The notes under the pieces are model-generated. The model was given only the letters and a program-made list of their open reading frames with translations. It searched no databases and was not told the DNA's origin. The position numbers and the translations under genes are program-made. This document shows positions 1 through 10,511 of a DNA stretch of 64,000 nt, in pieces. Numbering within the stretch: position 1 is the first letter of the stretch; each line of letters begins with the position of its first letter. The stretch is from Asaia bogorensis (GTDB lineage: Bacteria; Bacteroidota; Bacteroidia; Chitinophagales; Chitinophagaceae), in assembly GCA_943371535.1 (NCBI GenBank), contig CALRVE020000009.1:21262-85261 (forward strand), given 5' to 3'.

Positions 1-1
1 C

Positions 2-2038
2 CAAACCGATTCTACACTTGTAAAATCTTATAGCGAATTAACCTGGCAATATAGAACTGTAAATAGAGAAAAAGCAATAAGCTACGGACGAAAAGGCATT
101 GCCTTAGGCAAAAAAATAAATTTTGCCAAAGGATTGGCTCAAGTGTACAATGATTTGGGGATTATTTATTACGATTTAGAGCTGTACGATTCTTCCATTA
201 ACTTATACAATGAAGCCCTTAAAATTCGTAGGCAATTAGATGATGATTTAGGTGTTGCAAGACTCTTTAATAAAATTGGCATTATTTATCAACGTCAAGG
301 CGACTTTAGTAAATCATTGTATTACCAGCAAAATGCATTGAGCCTATTTGAAAAAACAAACGATTTGTTAGGCACTTCCTATGCTTTAAACAATATTGGT
401 ATTCTACAACAAAATTTAGGTCGGTATGATGAAGCTATCTCTTATCACAACCAATCAATAGCCTTTAAAAAAAAAATAAACGATCGGCAAGGTTTAGTTC
501 AATCTTATGTAAATGTTGCCAATATTTTTAAGATAAAAGAAGAGTATAATAAAGCCGAAGAATATTATAGCAAAGCTGTTGATATGTCTAGAGAACTCAA
601 TAATAAAGAGTACTTATCTAATGCACTTAACAATTTAGGATCGTTACAACATAAACTTAAAAAATACTCAGTTGCTAAAAGCCATATTTTAGAATCTTAT
701 ACTCTAAGATCTTCAACCAATGATACAAAAGGCAGGGCCAGCTGCTTAAATAATTTAGGAGATATATTAATAGATGAAGGAAAATACGACTCGGCTCAAG
801 TTGTTTTAAACAATGCCGAAGCCCTTGCTAAACAAGGCATTAATACCAAGCCAGAGTTAGTGATGATTTATCAAACACAATCAAAACTCAACGAAAAAGT
901 TGGCAATGCACCTGCATCATTATCTTACTATAAAAAGTATGCTGCTTATAAAGATTCTTTGTTTAATAGCGATATGAGTAATAAGTTTACAGAGCTAGAG
1001 GCAAAGTACAATACGTTAGAAAAAGAAAAACGCATTCAACAGCAGCAATCTATTCTTAATAAAAGTTTGTATGAAATTGCTCAACAAAAACTATTACTTT
1101 CTCAAAGTCAGTTAGAAATTGCAGCTAATGATTTAGAAATTCAAAAACAAAATGAGCTTATTCTGCATCAAAGGCTCGATTCTACTCAACAATCTATTAG
1201 CATCAATTCTTTAAAAAAAGAAAATACCATTAATACGCTAGAACTTAAAAATCAAAAATTAGAAAACAATAGAAAAACAGTTTTACTAAGTGTTGTAGGC
1301 ATTATTTCAGTATTAATTATGCTTTTAATGTATTCTTTTTATAGAAGGTATAAATTGAAGAAAGAAAAAGAATTACAGCTAGAAATTTTCAAGCAACAAG
1401 AGTTATCTACCAAGGCAATTCTTGAAGCAGAAGAAAACGAACGTAAACGTATTGCTAGTGATTTACATGATGGCGTTGGACAAATTATGAGTGCTGCAAA
1501 AATGAATTTGAGTGCTATGGAATCTGAAATTTCGTTTACCAATGAGGAGCAAAAAAGAACTTTTGAAAAAGTACTCAATTTAGTAGATGAAGGTTGTAAA
1601 GAAGTAAGATCTGTTAGCCATAACATGATGCCTAATGCATTGGTAAAAGCAGGCTTAGCAAGTGCAGTAAGAGAATTTATTAATCAAATAGATGCTCGTA
1701 TCATTAAAACAGATTTATATACCGAAGGCTTAAATGAACGAATCGACAGTAATATTGAAACCGTATTATACAGAGTAATTCAAGAGTCTGTAAATAATGT
1801 AATTAAACATGCAAATGCCAACCATTTAGACATTTCACTAATAAAAGATAGTGATGGTATTTCTGTAACAATTGAAGATAATGGCAAGGGCTTTAATACC
1901 AAAAATAAAAATAATTTTGAGGGGATAGGGCTAAAAAATATTCAAACCCGAGTAGAATACCTTAAAGGTACTGTAGAATGGAATAGTTCTGTGGGCAAGG
2001 GTACACTAGTTGCAATACATATTCCTTTGGGTTCATAA
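2..2038 (+). CDS. TPR-repeat sensor histidine kinase (HisKA_3 + HATPase_c type), 5' end outside window
   Basis: The frame of the 134..2038 ORF stays open back to nt 2 with more TPR-like sequence (..SYSELTWQYRTVNREKAISYGRKGIALGKK..). It has a coiled coil, one TM segment (VLLSVVGIISVLIMLLMYSFY), an H-box (ERKRIASDLHDGVGQ) and an ATPase G-box (DNGKGF..GIGLKNI). Confidence 0.85.
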   Translation, partial: QTDSTLVKSYSELTWQYRTVNREKAISYGRKGIALGKKINFAKGLAQVYNDLGIIYYDLELYDSSINLYNEALKIRRQLDDDLGVARLFNKIGIIYQRQGDFSKSLYYQQNALSLFEKTNDLLGTSYALNNIGILQQNLGRYDEAISYHNQSIAFKKKINDRQGLVQSYVNVANIFKIKEEYNKAEEYYSKAVDMSRELNNKEYLSNALNNLGSLQHKLKKYSVAKSHILESYTLRSSTNDTKGRASCLNNLGDILIDEGKYDSAQVVLNNAEALAKQGINTKPELVMIYQTQSKLNEKVGNAPASLSYYKKYAAYKDSLFNSDMSNKFTELEAKYNTLEKEKRIQQQQSILNKSLYEIAQQKLLLSQSQLEIAANDLEIQKQNELILHQRLDSTQQSISINSLKKENTINTLELKNQKLENNRKTVLLSVVGIISVLIMLLMYSFYRRYKLKKEKELQLEIFKQQELSTKAILEAEENERKRIASDLHDGVGQIMSAAKMNLSAMESEISFTNEEQKRTFEKVLNLVDEGCKEVRSVSHNMMPNALVKAGLASAVREFINQIDARIIKTDLYTEGLNERIDSNIETVLYRVIQESVNNVIKHANANHLDISLIKDSDGISVTIEDNGKGFNTKNKNNFEGIGLKNIQTRVEYLKGTVEWNSSVGKGTLVAIHIPLGS

Positions 2039-2076
2039 AATTCCCTTATTTTAGTGGTGAAACTAACCCTTTGTAC

Positions 2077-2718
2077 ATGAAAACAGGAAAAATTAATGTA
2101 GCGATTGTAGACGACCATCAAATAGTTATAGATGGAATTACCTCTCTGCTAGATGGACATCCTAATATTCATATTGCCCTAACCAACACGAATGCAGCTT
2201 CAGTTTTACAACAAATTTCAAATCATGAAATTGATATATTATTAACCGATATCATGATGCCAATAATGAATGGACAAGAATTGGCAAAAAAAGTAAAAGA
2301 ACAATTTCCGGATATTAAAATATTGGCATTAAGCATGAGTGGTCAGGGCCATACTGTTAATCAAATGATTAATGATGCTGATATTGCTGGCTATGTATTA
2401 AAAAATATTGGCAAACAAGAACTCATTCATGCCATTGAAAAAATTGCTAGTGGTGGTGTTTATTTTAGTGAAGAGGTACTCAACGAATTAGAACACTTCA
2501 GCAGCATGAAAAAAGAAAACGAAGAAGTTAACCTGACAACAAGAGAAAAAGAAATTATTAAGTTAATTGAAAAAGAATGCTCTAATAAAGATATAGCCAC
2601 ACAATTATTCATTAGTGAACGAACAGTTGAAACGCATCGTAAAAATATTTTCAGAAAAACAAAAACCAACAGTGTAATTGGTTTAGTAAAGTATGCTTAT
2701 GAGCATAAATTAATTTAA
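2077..2718 (+). CDS. Response regulator, NarL/FixJ (LuxR-type HTH) family
   Basis: Receiver domain (VAIVDDH..LLTDIMMP) plus a C-terminal LuxR HTH (LTTREKEIIKLIEKECSNKDIATQLFISERTVETHRKNIFRK). The ATG at 2077 is preferred over the TTG at 2071. It lies directly downstream of the kinase. Confidence 0.9.
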   Translation: MKTGKINVAIVDDHQIVIDGITSLLDGHPNIHIALTNTNAASVLQQISNHEIDILLTDIMMPIMNGQELAKKVKEQFPDIKILALSMSGQGHTVNQMINDADIAGYVLKNIGKQELIHAIEKIASGGVYFSEEVLNELEHFSSMKKENEEVNLTTREKEIIKLIEKECSNKDIATQLFISERTVETHRKNIFRKTKTNSVIGLVKYAYEHKLI

Positions 2719-2737
2719 TTGCTTGTATAATTTGCTT

Positions 2738-3835
2738 TTATTGAACCAACACTTTTTGTACAAACTTTTTTTTGCTATCCAAGTTTATTAATTGAATGTA
2801 ATATACACCAATTGCTGTTGTAGCTGGAATATTCATTGATTCTAGTTGTTGTTTACTCTTAACATTTACATTCTTTACACTCAATAATCTTGATTGGTTA
2901 TCGATGAACTGAATTGAAAAATTACCTAATTCCTGTAAACTAATATATATAACATTTCCTCTAGCAATAGGGTTTGGAAATACTTTAAATGCAGCTTCTT
3001 GTTTAAAGATATTCTTCAATAAAGAGGGAATTGTTGTAATTTTTTCAACACTTTTTCCTACAACAACAGATCCACCAATTGCTTGTATTCTACCAACTAT
3101 TGTTGAATAACTAGTTACAACAACTTCATTCAATTCTTTATGTACTGGTTTTAATTGAACACAAATAATCTCCTTGCCTTCATAATAACTAATTTGTCTC
3201 TTTTCACTTGTATATCCTAAAGATGATATTTCTATATTAACAGAGTCTTCTGTATGATTCATCAAATTCAAACACTTGAAAACACCATTTGAATCTGCCA
3301 TTATTTGTGTTGTTTTATTTGGAAAGTTTAATTTAACCATTGCATAAGCAACAGGTTTTTTATCTTCGTCTAACACCTCTCCTTCAAGCAACTTATCAGT
3401 TACGCTATTTAAAACAGCAGGCTTTTCACTTACATGCTCTTGTATAATCTTTGTTTTACCTTTCGTTTTTGGTACTTCTTTACACACTTTTTCAGGTACA
3501 TCTTTCACAGCAATTTTACCTAGTAATCTTTGTGAATTGCCTCTATTTACAAAAAAGAATAATGAAGTAACGCTTGCCAATAGCAATTGCCAACGTTTAT
3601 CTTTGGGTTTTGTAGCCTCTTGTAATCCTCGGTTTAATTGTTCTGTAGAAAATCTGCCACAAGTATTCCCTTTATTATGGCTAAAAAAGTGAAGTATTTG
3701 CTCATCACTCATTGCTTGAAAATCTATCACTGTTTTACAACAGCTGCCACAAAAACGACCTTGTTCATTTTCGGTCATTTTATTCCAATCTTCATGGCAA
3801 GGTTCTGGTATTTGAAGATAAACTTGAGTTTTCAT
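2738..3835 (-). CDS. Secreted protein with N-terminal Cys-cluster domain, carboxypeptidase-regulatory-like middle and T9SS C-terminal sorting domain
   Basis: The N-terminus IPEPCHEDWNKMTENEQGRFCGSCCKTVIDF is a motif common in Bacteroidota. The middle segment GEVLDEDKKPVAYAMVKL is CarboxypepD_reg-like. The C-terminus FKVFPNPIARGNVIYISL...YYIQLIN..KFVQKVLVQ looks like a T9SS CTD. Confidence 0.6.
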   Translation of the reverse strand: MKTQVYLQIPEPCHEDWNKMTENEQGRFCGSCCKTVIDFQAMSDEQILHFFSHNKGNTCGRFSTEQLNRGLQEATKPKDKRWQLLLASVTSLFFFVNRGNSQRLLGKIAVKDVPEKVCKEVPKTKGKTKIIQEHVSEKPAVLNSVTDKLLEGEVLDEDKKPVAYAMVKLNFPNKTTQIMADSNGVFKCLNLMNHTEDSVNIEISSLGYTSEKRQISYYEGKEIICVQLKPVHKELNEVVVTSYSTIVGRIQAIGGSVVVGKSVEKITTIPSLLKNIFKQEAAFKVFPNPIARGNVIYISLQELGNFSIQFIDNQSRLLSVKNVNVKSKQQLESMNIPATTAIGVYYIQLINLDSKKKFVQKVLVQ

Positions 3836-3967
3836 GGCAGTAGTTTTGCATCAGATGCATGTATTCTTTTGTTTACATAATTTTTTTAAAATATTTTTTT
3901 CTTCATTATAGAATTACCAAACAATAGATAATTCATTTATTTTCACTGTTCAACCAAAACTATTTTT

Positions 3968-4567
3968 ATGTCTGCTCTTTTCCCAGAATTTTTCGAATGC
4001 AATGATTATTTAATTGATGAAAAAGTAACTTTTCTTCAGTTCGAAAACGAATACAAAATTTATAACGATTTAGGAGTACAAATTGGTGCAATTAAACAAT
4101 CTTTAAATGCTTGGCATAAGGTTTTACGAATGCTTTTAAATAAAGCTATGTTGCCATTTATATTAGAATTGAAAGATTCAAATGGTGAATTATTGGTGAG
4201 TGTAGAACGTGGCTAGACGTTTTGGATGTCGAAAATAAAGATTACCAATAGCAACCATGAAGAAGTGGGATACATTAAGCAAAAATTTACTTTTTTAAAA
4301 CCTCGTTTTAAAATACTAGACGCCTCTGAAAACTTAATTGGTGAAATTACTGGCGATTGGAAAGCTTGGAACTTTATTATAACCGATGCAAGTGGTAATG
4401 AAGTTGGAAAAATTACTAAAAAATGGGCTGGGGCAATGAAAGAATTGTTTACATCGGCCGATAAATATTATGTGCATATTAATCCAAGTTTTAGCGAAGA
4501 CCAACATAAAATAAATATTGTTGCTACAGCTATTACCATAGATATGGTTTTAAAAGAAAGCAAATAA
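3968..4567 (+). pseudogene. Scramblase / LURP-one-related (tubby C-terminal-like) family gene interrupted by one in-frame TAG (4214..4216)
   Basis: ORFs 3968..4216 and 4226..4567 are in the same frame, separated only by TAG: ..LLVSVERG*TFWMSKIKITN... The combined length is about 199 aa. The C-terminal part (GEITGDWKAWNFIITDASGNEVGKITKKW) resembles bacterial scramblase-like proteins. Confidence 0.55.
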
Positions 4568-4590
4568 TGATTTTACAGATAGAACGGCAT

Positions 4591-4623
4591 AAAAAAATCC
4601 CACTTTTTAAGTGGGATTTTTTT
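4591..4623. terminator. Bidirectional rho-independent terminator
   Basis: AAAAAAATCCCAC-tttttaa-GTGGGATTTTTTT lies between convergent genes. Confidence 0.7.
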
Positions 4624-4635
4624 ATGCTAAACTTA

Positions 4636-5520
4636 TTATAAAACTGATCGAGGATTTCTCATTTGTCGTCTTGCACCATAACCTCCACCACCGAAGAAAC
4701 CAAGTGGACCACCCCATTCAACATTCAATAACTTATATGTAACTTTTAACTGAAAGCTGTAAAATAAATCATCTCTTTTAGGGTTACCTCTAGGCATTGT
4801 TTTAGAAAAAGAAGCTCCCACCTCATCTCCACGAAAAGCTAAATATTGAGAGAATGCATTTCCTTGTGAAGCAAATAAAGCTGGATCTACATAACTATTC
4901 TGGCTAACATCATCTAAATGATCAGTAAATGTTTTTCTTACAAATAATTCAGTGCCAATTTGTAATGCTTCTGTAACATCTATTCTTATACCTGCACCAA
5001 ATCCTAAATTAAATTGAGTTAAAGCGTAAGGTTTTCTATCTGGATAAGCAGCTAGACCTTGACCTTCAGTTCCCCAATCTCTTAAATTTTGCTTATTACC
5101 AAATCGATCAATAGTTGTTGGGTTAAAACCAAAAATACCTGGTCCAAAAAATACGTATGGTGTAAATGCATATTCCTCTGCATTATTCAAAAAATCATAT
5201 TCTGCTGCAACATTAATCTCCCAAACAAAACTTTTGAAATTTAAATTTCTATTTTTGAACTTTTGTTCAGCATTGTCTTTGTCATCAGCTCTTATACCTA
5301 GACCGGTTAGGCTTGCTCTTAATCTGAATTTTTCAGACAAATCATAGCTACCACCTAAAGTTACTGCACCAGACATTTGCTTCATCAAAGGAGCACCGGC
5401 TATTAAGTCGCCATAATAGGCACTTGCACCACCAGCAGCAGAAACTCTAACTCGTTGAGCTTGGGCAGTTAACGTTGAAAAAATAGCCCCAATAAATAAT
5501 ACTCGTACAATTGCTTTCAT
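4636..5520 (-). CDS. Outer-membrane beta-barrel protein (DUF6089-like)
   Basis: Signal peptide MKAIVRVLFIGAIFSTLTAQAQ, alternating beta-strand pattern, and a Gly-rich C-terminus. The family name is from memory. Confidence 0.6.
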   Translation of the reverse strand: MKAIVRVLFIGAIFSTLTAQAQRVRVSAAGGASAYYGDLIAGAPLMKQMSGAVTLGGSYDLSEKFRLRASLTGLGIRADDKDNAEQKFKNRNLNFKSFVWEINVAAEYDFLNNAEEYAFTPYVFFGPGIFGFNPTTIDRFGNKQNLRDWGTEGQGLAAYPDRKPYALTQFNLGFGAGIRIDVTEALQIGTELFVRKTFTDHLDDVSQNSYVDPALFASQGNAFSQYLAFRGDEVGASFSKTMPRGNPKRDDLFYSFQLKVTYKLLNVEWGGPLGFFGGGGYGARRQMRNPRSVL

Positions 5521-5624
5521 ACTTACATTAATTTCTTTTCGTGAATACGGGATAAAAATAAAGAAAATGCACTATACACATAATTTTATTATCCCATTTT
5601 CCTCAAAAATAGCCCATTACTATC

Positions 5625-5654
5625 AAAAATGCTATCCACAAATGTGGATAGCAT
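5625..5654 (-). terminator. Rho-independent terminator of the uxa operon
   Basis: 12-bp perfect stem ATGCTATCCACA/TGTGGATAGCAT, with a T-run on the minus strand, just downstream of uxaC. Confidence 0.65.
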
Positions 5655-5672
5655 AGGAATTTAATATAAAAA

Positions 5673-7118
5673 TTATACTACAGTAACTTTCTTTGAAGTA
5701 ATAATTTTATTGTTTTGTTGCCATCCAAAATACTGTTGTGCATTATTATAGCAGATATCTTTTATAATTTTTCCTACCCAAACTATATCATTTGGTAATT
5801 CTCCTTTTTCTATTTCTTCACCAAATAAATTACACAATAATCTTCTAAAATATTCATGTCTTGGAAACGACATAAAACTTCTACTATCGGTTAACATGCC
5901 AATAAATTTACTCAATAAGCCCATATTGCTTAAAGCATTCATTTGTTTTAACATGCCATCTTTTTGATCTAAAAACCACCAACCACTTCCCCATTGAATT
6001 TTTCCTGCTACACTACCATCATTGAAATTACCAATCATAGTTGCCATTAATTCATTATCTGCGGGATTCAAATTATATAGAATGGTTTTTGCTAATTTAT
6101 CTTCATCGTCGAGTTTACCTAAAAACTTTGATAAATTTCTGCCTTGAGAAAAATCACCAATAGAGTCCCAACCAGTATCAGCACCCAATGTTCTCATCAT
6201 ACGTAAATTATTGTTACGCAATGCCCCAAGATGATATTGTTGAACCCAACCTTTTTCCCAATCCCACTCAGCAAAATGTAATAGCATAGCACTTTTAAAT
6301 TTGCGTTGTTCAACATCATTTAAATTTTTACCAGAATGAATTTTGTTAAATATTGCTTCAATTTCACTTCCTGTAAAATCATCTGCATAGATTTCTTCTA
6401 AACCATGATCACTCACACTGCAGCCCATTGATGCAAAGAAATCATGTCTATTTTGCAAAGCATATAAAAAATCTTCAAAAGAAGAAATTGAAATACCACT
6501 TGCAGATTCTATTTTTTTAATGTACTCATTAAATTTTATTGGATCGATAACATCCATTGCTTTATCAGGACGAAAAGCAGGTAAAATTGGCACTTCAAAC
6601 TCATCTTCTTTTAATTGAGTATGAAATTCTAAGTTATCTGTAGGATCATCTGTTGTGCAAATTGTAACCACATTCATTTTACGAAGCAAGTTTTTTACAC
6701 TGTACTCAGGAGATTTTAACTTTTCACTGCATTCATCGTAAATTTTTCTTGCACTATTACTATCTAATAATTCTGTAATACCAAAATAACGTTGTAACTC
6801 TAAATGTGTCCAATGATATAGAGGATTACGTAATGTATAAGGCACAGTTGCAGCCCATTGTTGAAATTTTTCAAAGTCTGTTGCATCACCAGTGCAATAA
6901 CGTTCATCAATACCATTTGTACGCATGGCTCTCCATTTATAATGATCGCCATACAACCAAATTTGTGTTAGGTTTTCAAAATTTTTATCTTCTGCAATTT
7001 GTTGTTGAGGTAAATGGCAATGATAATCTATAATGGGCATGTCTTTGGCATACTCATGGTATAATTTTTCTGCAGTTTTATTGGTGAGCAGAAAATTTTC
7101 GTCAAGAAATTTTTTCAT
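5673..7118 (-). CDS. uxaC: Glucuronate isomerase
   Basis: MKKFLDENFLL..YHEYAKDMPIIDYHCHL.. is the typical UxaC N-terminus. Length is 481 aa. Confidence 0.95.
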   Translation of the reverse strand: MKKFLDENFLLTNKTAEKLYHEYAKDMPIIDYHCHLPQQQIAEDKNFENLTQIWLYGDHYKWRAMRTNGIDERYCTGDATDFEKFQQWAATVPYTLRNPLYHWTHLELQRYFGITELLDSNSARKIYDECSEKLKSPEYSVKNLLRKMNVVTICTTDDPTDNLEFHTQLKEDEFEVPILPAFRPDKAMDVIDPIKFNEYIKKIESASGISISSFEDFLYALQNRHDFFASMGCSVSDHGLEEIYADDFTGSEIEAIFNKIHSGKNLNDVEQRKFKSAMLLHFAEWDWEKGWVQQYHLGALRNNNLRMMRTLGADTGWDSIGDFSQGRNLSKFLGKLDDEDKLAKTILYNLNPADNELMATMIGNFNDGSVAGKIQWGSGWWFLDQKDGMLKQMNALSNMGLLSKFIGMLTDSRSFMSFPRHEYFRRLLCNLFGEEIEKGELPNDIVWVGKIIKDICYNNAQQYFGWQQNNKIITSKKVTVV

Positions 7119-7187
7119 AACTTCTGTCTTTAATATTAAAGATAAAACAAATAATGATTTATCTATGGTTTAGGTTCTTTTATCCTT

Positions 7188-8834
7188 TTACAAACTCACA
7201 CCTCTTTTCCAAGGTATAAAATCGTCTTGATTTAATAATACAGCTTTAGGAATCTCTTCACCACTTGCAACTTTAATACAATATTCTAATATTTCTTCGC
7301 CCATTTGCTCAATCGTTTTTTCTCCATCAATAATTCCTCCAGTATTAATATCTATAATGTCTGCCATTCTTGTAGCTAAAGCTGTATTAGTTGCAACTTT
7401 AATTACTGGGCAAACAGGGTTACCCGTTGGAGTTCCTAAACCTGTTGTAAATAATATTAGTGTTGCTCCACTTGCTGCTTTTCCTGTAGTTGCTTCAACA
7501 TCGTTTCCTGGTGTGCACACTAAATTTAAACCTGGTTTAATAGCTGGTTCTGTATAATCTAGTACATCTTCAACAGGTGCAGTTCCACCTTTTTTAGCAG
7601 CACCATTGCTTTTAATTGCATCGGTAATTAAACCATCTTTAATATTACCAGGACTTGGGTTCATGTGAAAACCAGAACCCACATTTTCGGCAGCATCGCT
7701 ATAAGCTTTCATTAAACCCATAAATTTTTTTGCCTTTGATTCGTCTTTGGTTCTATCAATTAAATCTTGTTCGGCTCCACATAATTCTGGAAATTCTGCC
7801 AACAAAACTTTACCACCAATTGCAACCAATAAATCGCTTGCATAACCAACTGCTGGATTTGCTGAAATGCCACTAAAGCCATCACTTCCACCACATTTTA
7901 CACCCAATACTAATTCACTTATTGGTGCAGGTTTTCTTTCTATTTTATTGGCTTCGATTAATCCTAAAAAAGTTTGTTTAATAGCATCTGATATTAATTG
8001 CTCTTCGCTTTGTGATTGTTGTTGTTCATAAATGAACAATGGCTTATCGAAGTTTGGATTACGTTCTTTTAAGTCGTTGATGAAATCTTGCGATTGTAAA
8101 TTTTGGCAACCTAAACTTAATACCGTTACGCCTGCTACATTTGGATGATCTGCGTAAGCAGCTAATAACTTACTTAATACTGCTGCATCTTGACGTATGC
8201 CACCACAACCACCCTGATGATTTAAAAACTTTATGCCATCAATGTTTTTAAATGGTCGGTTTTGTTGATTTGCCAATGCATTGGTTGGTGTTAGATTTAA
8301 ATTGGCAATGTCTTCTCCATTTTGATAGGCTTGCAACAATTGATGAGTGTAACTTTTGTACTTAGGAGTTACTGCATAGCCTAACTCATTGTGTAATGCT
8401 TCACGAATTACATCTAGGTTTCTATTTTCACAAAAAACAGTTGGAATAAATAACCAATAATTTGCTGTGCCTATTCTTCCATCACTTCTATGATAACCAT
8501 TAAAAGTTCTTCCCGTAAATTTTGATACTTCGGGTGCAAGCCACTCATAATTTACTTTTCTATACACATAAGGTTCTGCAGCATGCTTTAAATTATCGGT
8601 ACTCATTCTCATACCTTTTAGAACAAAATGCTGAATTTTACCTACCAATACACCATACATAATTACTGCATCTCCTGCATTCATATCGCTCATATAAAAC
8701 TTATGTTTAGCAGGAATATCTTCTTGCAAAACATAAGTTTCACCATTGTATTGTACAGTATCGCCTTTAACCAAATTTTGTAAGGCTACAATTACATTAT
8801 CTTTTGGATTTACTTTTAATACTTTGTTTGCCAT
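7188..8834 (-). CDS. uxaA: Altronate dehydratase (UxaA family)
   Basis: N-terminal SAF-like domain (VLKVNPKDNVIVAL) and the large UxaA C-terminal domain (GGCGG, VCTPGND). The ATG at 8834 (MANKV) is preferred over the GTG at 8858. Confidence 0.9.
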   Translation of the reverse strand: MANKVLKVNPKDNVIVALQNLVKGDTVQYNGETYVLQEDIPAKHKFYMSDMNAGDAVIMYGVLVGKIQHFVLKGMRMSTDNLKHAAEPYVYRKVNYEWLAPEVSKFTGRTFNGYHRSDGRIGTANYWLFIPTVFCENRNLDVIREALHNELGYAVTPKYKSYTHQLLQAYQNGEDIANLNLTPTNALANQQNRPFKNIDGIKFLNHQGGCGGIRQDAAVLSKLLAAYADHPNVAGVTVLSLGCQNLQSQDFINDLKERNPNFDKPLFIYEQQQSQSEEQLISDAIKQTFLGLIEANKIERKPAPISELVLGVKCGGSDGFSGISANPAVGYASDLLVAIGGKVLLAEFPELCGAEQDLIDRTKDESKAKKFMGLMKAYSDAAENVGSGFHMNPSPGNIKDGLITDAIKSNGAAKKGGTAPVEDVLDYTEPAIKPGLNLVCTPGNDVEATTGKAASGATLILFTTGLGTPTGNPVCPVIKVATNTALATRMADIIDINTGGIIDGEKTIEQMGEEILEYCIKVASGEEIPKAVLLNQDDFIPWKRGVSL

Positions 8835-8907
8835 TTTTTTGTTTCCCACTGAGAACACTAAGGATACAAAGTGTACTTAGTTTATTTTTGTTCAATGATG
8901 TTATACA

Positions 8908-8925
8908 GTTGAAGAGTGCGACGCC
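8908..8925. repeat. Dispersed 18-nt exact repeat GTTGAAGAGTGCGACGCC (second copy 32764..32781)
   Basis: The identical 18-mer occurs in two unrelated intergenic regions. Both copies are preceded by ACAAAG-type words. Confidence 0.6.
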
Positions 8926-8966
8926 ACTGAAGTTGAATTAAAAAACTACAGCTTGGTACATAAAAA

Positions 8967-10508
8967 TTATACGCCAACTTCTTCTTTATTCCTTTCTATA
9001 CTATTCAAAGTTTCTAATAATTGTTCATTAGAAAATTTTTGCAAATAACTACTAACTGCCAATTCAAAACCTTTGAAATTTGTTAAATTAACACCCCATA
9101 AATTGGTATTGCTTAAAATTGTTGTAACAACTTGCTGCATTGAATTATTTTGCCAAACTATATTAAAATAACTTGCAGCATCATCGTTTATATGATATTC
9201 TTTTTGTTGATGCAGACCATAGTATTTACCCTCTTTTTCTTGATGTACTTTCATAAATAACAAATAAGCTGCAAAACCTGCTGCCATATATTGTGGAACA
9301 TGATCGAAACGATTATAATGTTCTATAATTAATGGCAAATTTCTCATTTGCATTTTACCTGTAAAATTCATGGTAATGCTTAGCCAACGATGATCGATAC
9401 TTGGATTTCTAAAACGATCTATTACTCCTTTAGCAAACTCATAAGATTCTAAACGAGTAACCTCAACACTTTCAATACAAGGAGCAATTTCATGTGTCAT
9501 TAAATCGTGCAAGTACAAACTGAAAGTTGAATTAGCCATTGCTTCTTTTACTGTTTCGAAGCCTGCCAAATAAGCTAGTCCACAGCTGAAGGTGTGTGTA
9601 CCATTGAGCAGTCTCAATTTCAGTTCACGAAATTTATTAATATTGGGTGCAATTACAACGCCTTTATCTACTTGACTGAATGCTAAAATTTCTTTGCTTC
9701 TTTCATTAGATGTTTCTATTGCCCAAAGGCTATACACTTCGCTCATAATCATCAAATCATCTTGATAACCTAATGCTGTAAGGGTTGCATGATGTTGTTC
9801 AGTTGGCATTTTGCCAGGAACAATTCTATCGACTAAAGAATTGCAAAAATCGTTTGCATTTAACAACCAGTAAATGAAGGCATCATCTAGTTGATTCACT
9901 TTAGCCAATTGCTCAACAATTAATTTAAGTTTAGTGCCATTATCTATTACCAACTCTGTTGGAACAATTACTACACCTGCATCTACACTACCATTAAATG
10001 TTTTATATCGATGGTGTAACCAAGCTAGCAATTTTCCTGGGAATGAGGTAGGTGAATTGTCAGCTATTCTATCAGTTTCGTCTAATACAATACCCACTTC
10101 GGTGGTATTAGAAATGACTAGCTGCATGTGTTTATTTTCTGCAGTTTGAAGAATTTCATTCCACTGAGTTTTTGCAGCCAATACTCTTGCTATAGAACTA
10201 TTGATAATTGTTTCTTCTATAAGTTGATTATTTTGATATCCTTTTATGCAATGCGTAAATAAGCCTTCTTGTGTTGTAAACTCATCAGATGCTCCATTAC
10301 CTGTAGATTTAACCACCACTACTCTACCATTAAAAACAGCCAACTGATTGGCTTTATTAATGTAATAATCTGGTAACCCTCTCAATAGAACACCTGTACC
10401 AAATTGCAATACTTTTTCTGGTAAGGACAGCATTATTTCAGTTGGTGTTGAAACATTTGTTGCTGAATGATTGAGTGCAATTGCTTTATTTAAAACCGCT
10501 AAATTCAT
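8967..10508 (-). CDS. uxaB: Tagaturonate reductase / altronate oxidoreductase (mannitol dehydrogenase family)
   Basis: 513 aa, long-chain mannitol dehydrogenase-like (LQFGTGVLLRGL..), sitting in the uxa context. Confidence 0.85.
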   Translation of the reverse strand: MNLAVLNKAIALNHSATNVSTPTEIMLSLPEKVLQFGTGVLLRGLPDYYINKANQLAVFNGRVVVVKSTGNGASDEFTTQEGLFTHCIKGYQNNQLIEETIINSSIARVLAAKTQWNEILQTAENKHMQLVISNTTEVGIVLDETDRIADNSPTSFPGKLLAWLHHRYKTFNGSVDAGVVIVPTELVIDNGTKLKLIVEQLAKVNQLDDAFIYWLLNANDFCNSLVDRIVPGKMPTEQHHATLTALGYQDDLMIMSEVYSLWAIETSNERSKEILAFSQVDKGVVIAPNINKFRELKLRLLNGTHTFSCGLAYLAGFETVKEAMANSTFSLYLHDLMTHEIAPCIESVEVTRLESYEFAKGVIDRFRNPSIDHRWLSITMNFTGKMQMRNLPLIIEHYNRFDHVPQYMAAGFAAYLLFMKVHQEKEGKYYGLHQQKEYHINDDAASYFNIVWQNNSMQQVVTTILSNTNLWGVNLTNFKGFELAVSSYLQKFSNEQLLETLNSIERNKEEVGV

Positions 10509-10511
10509 ATA

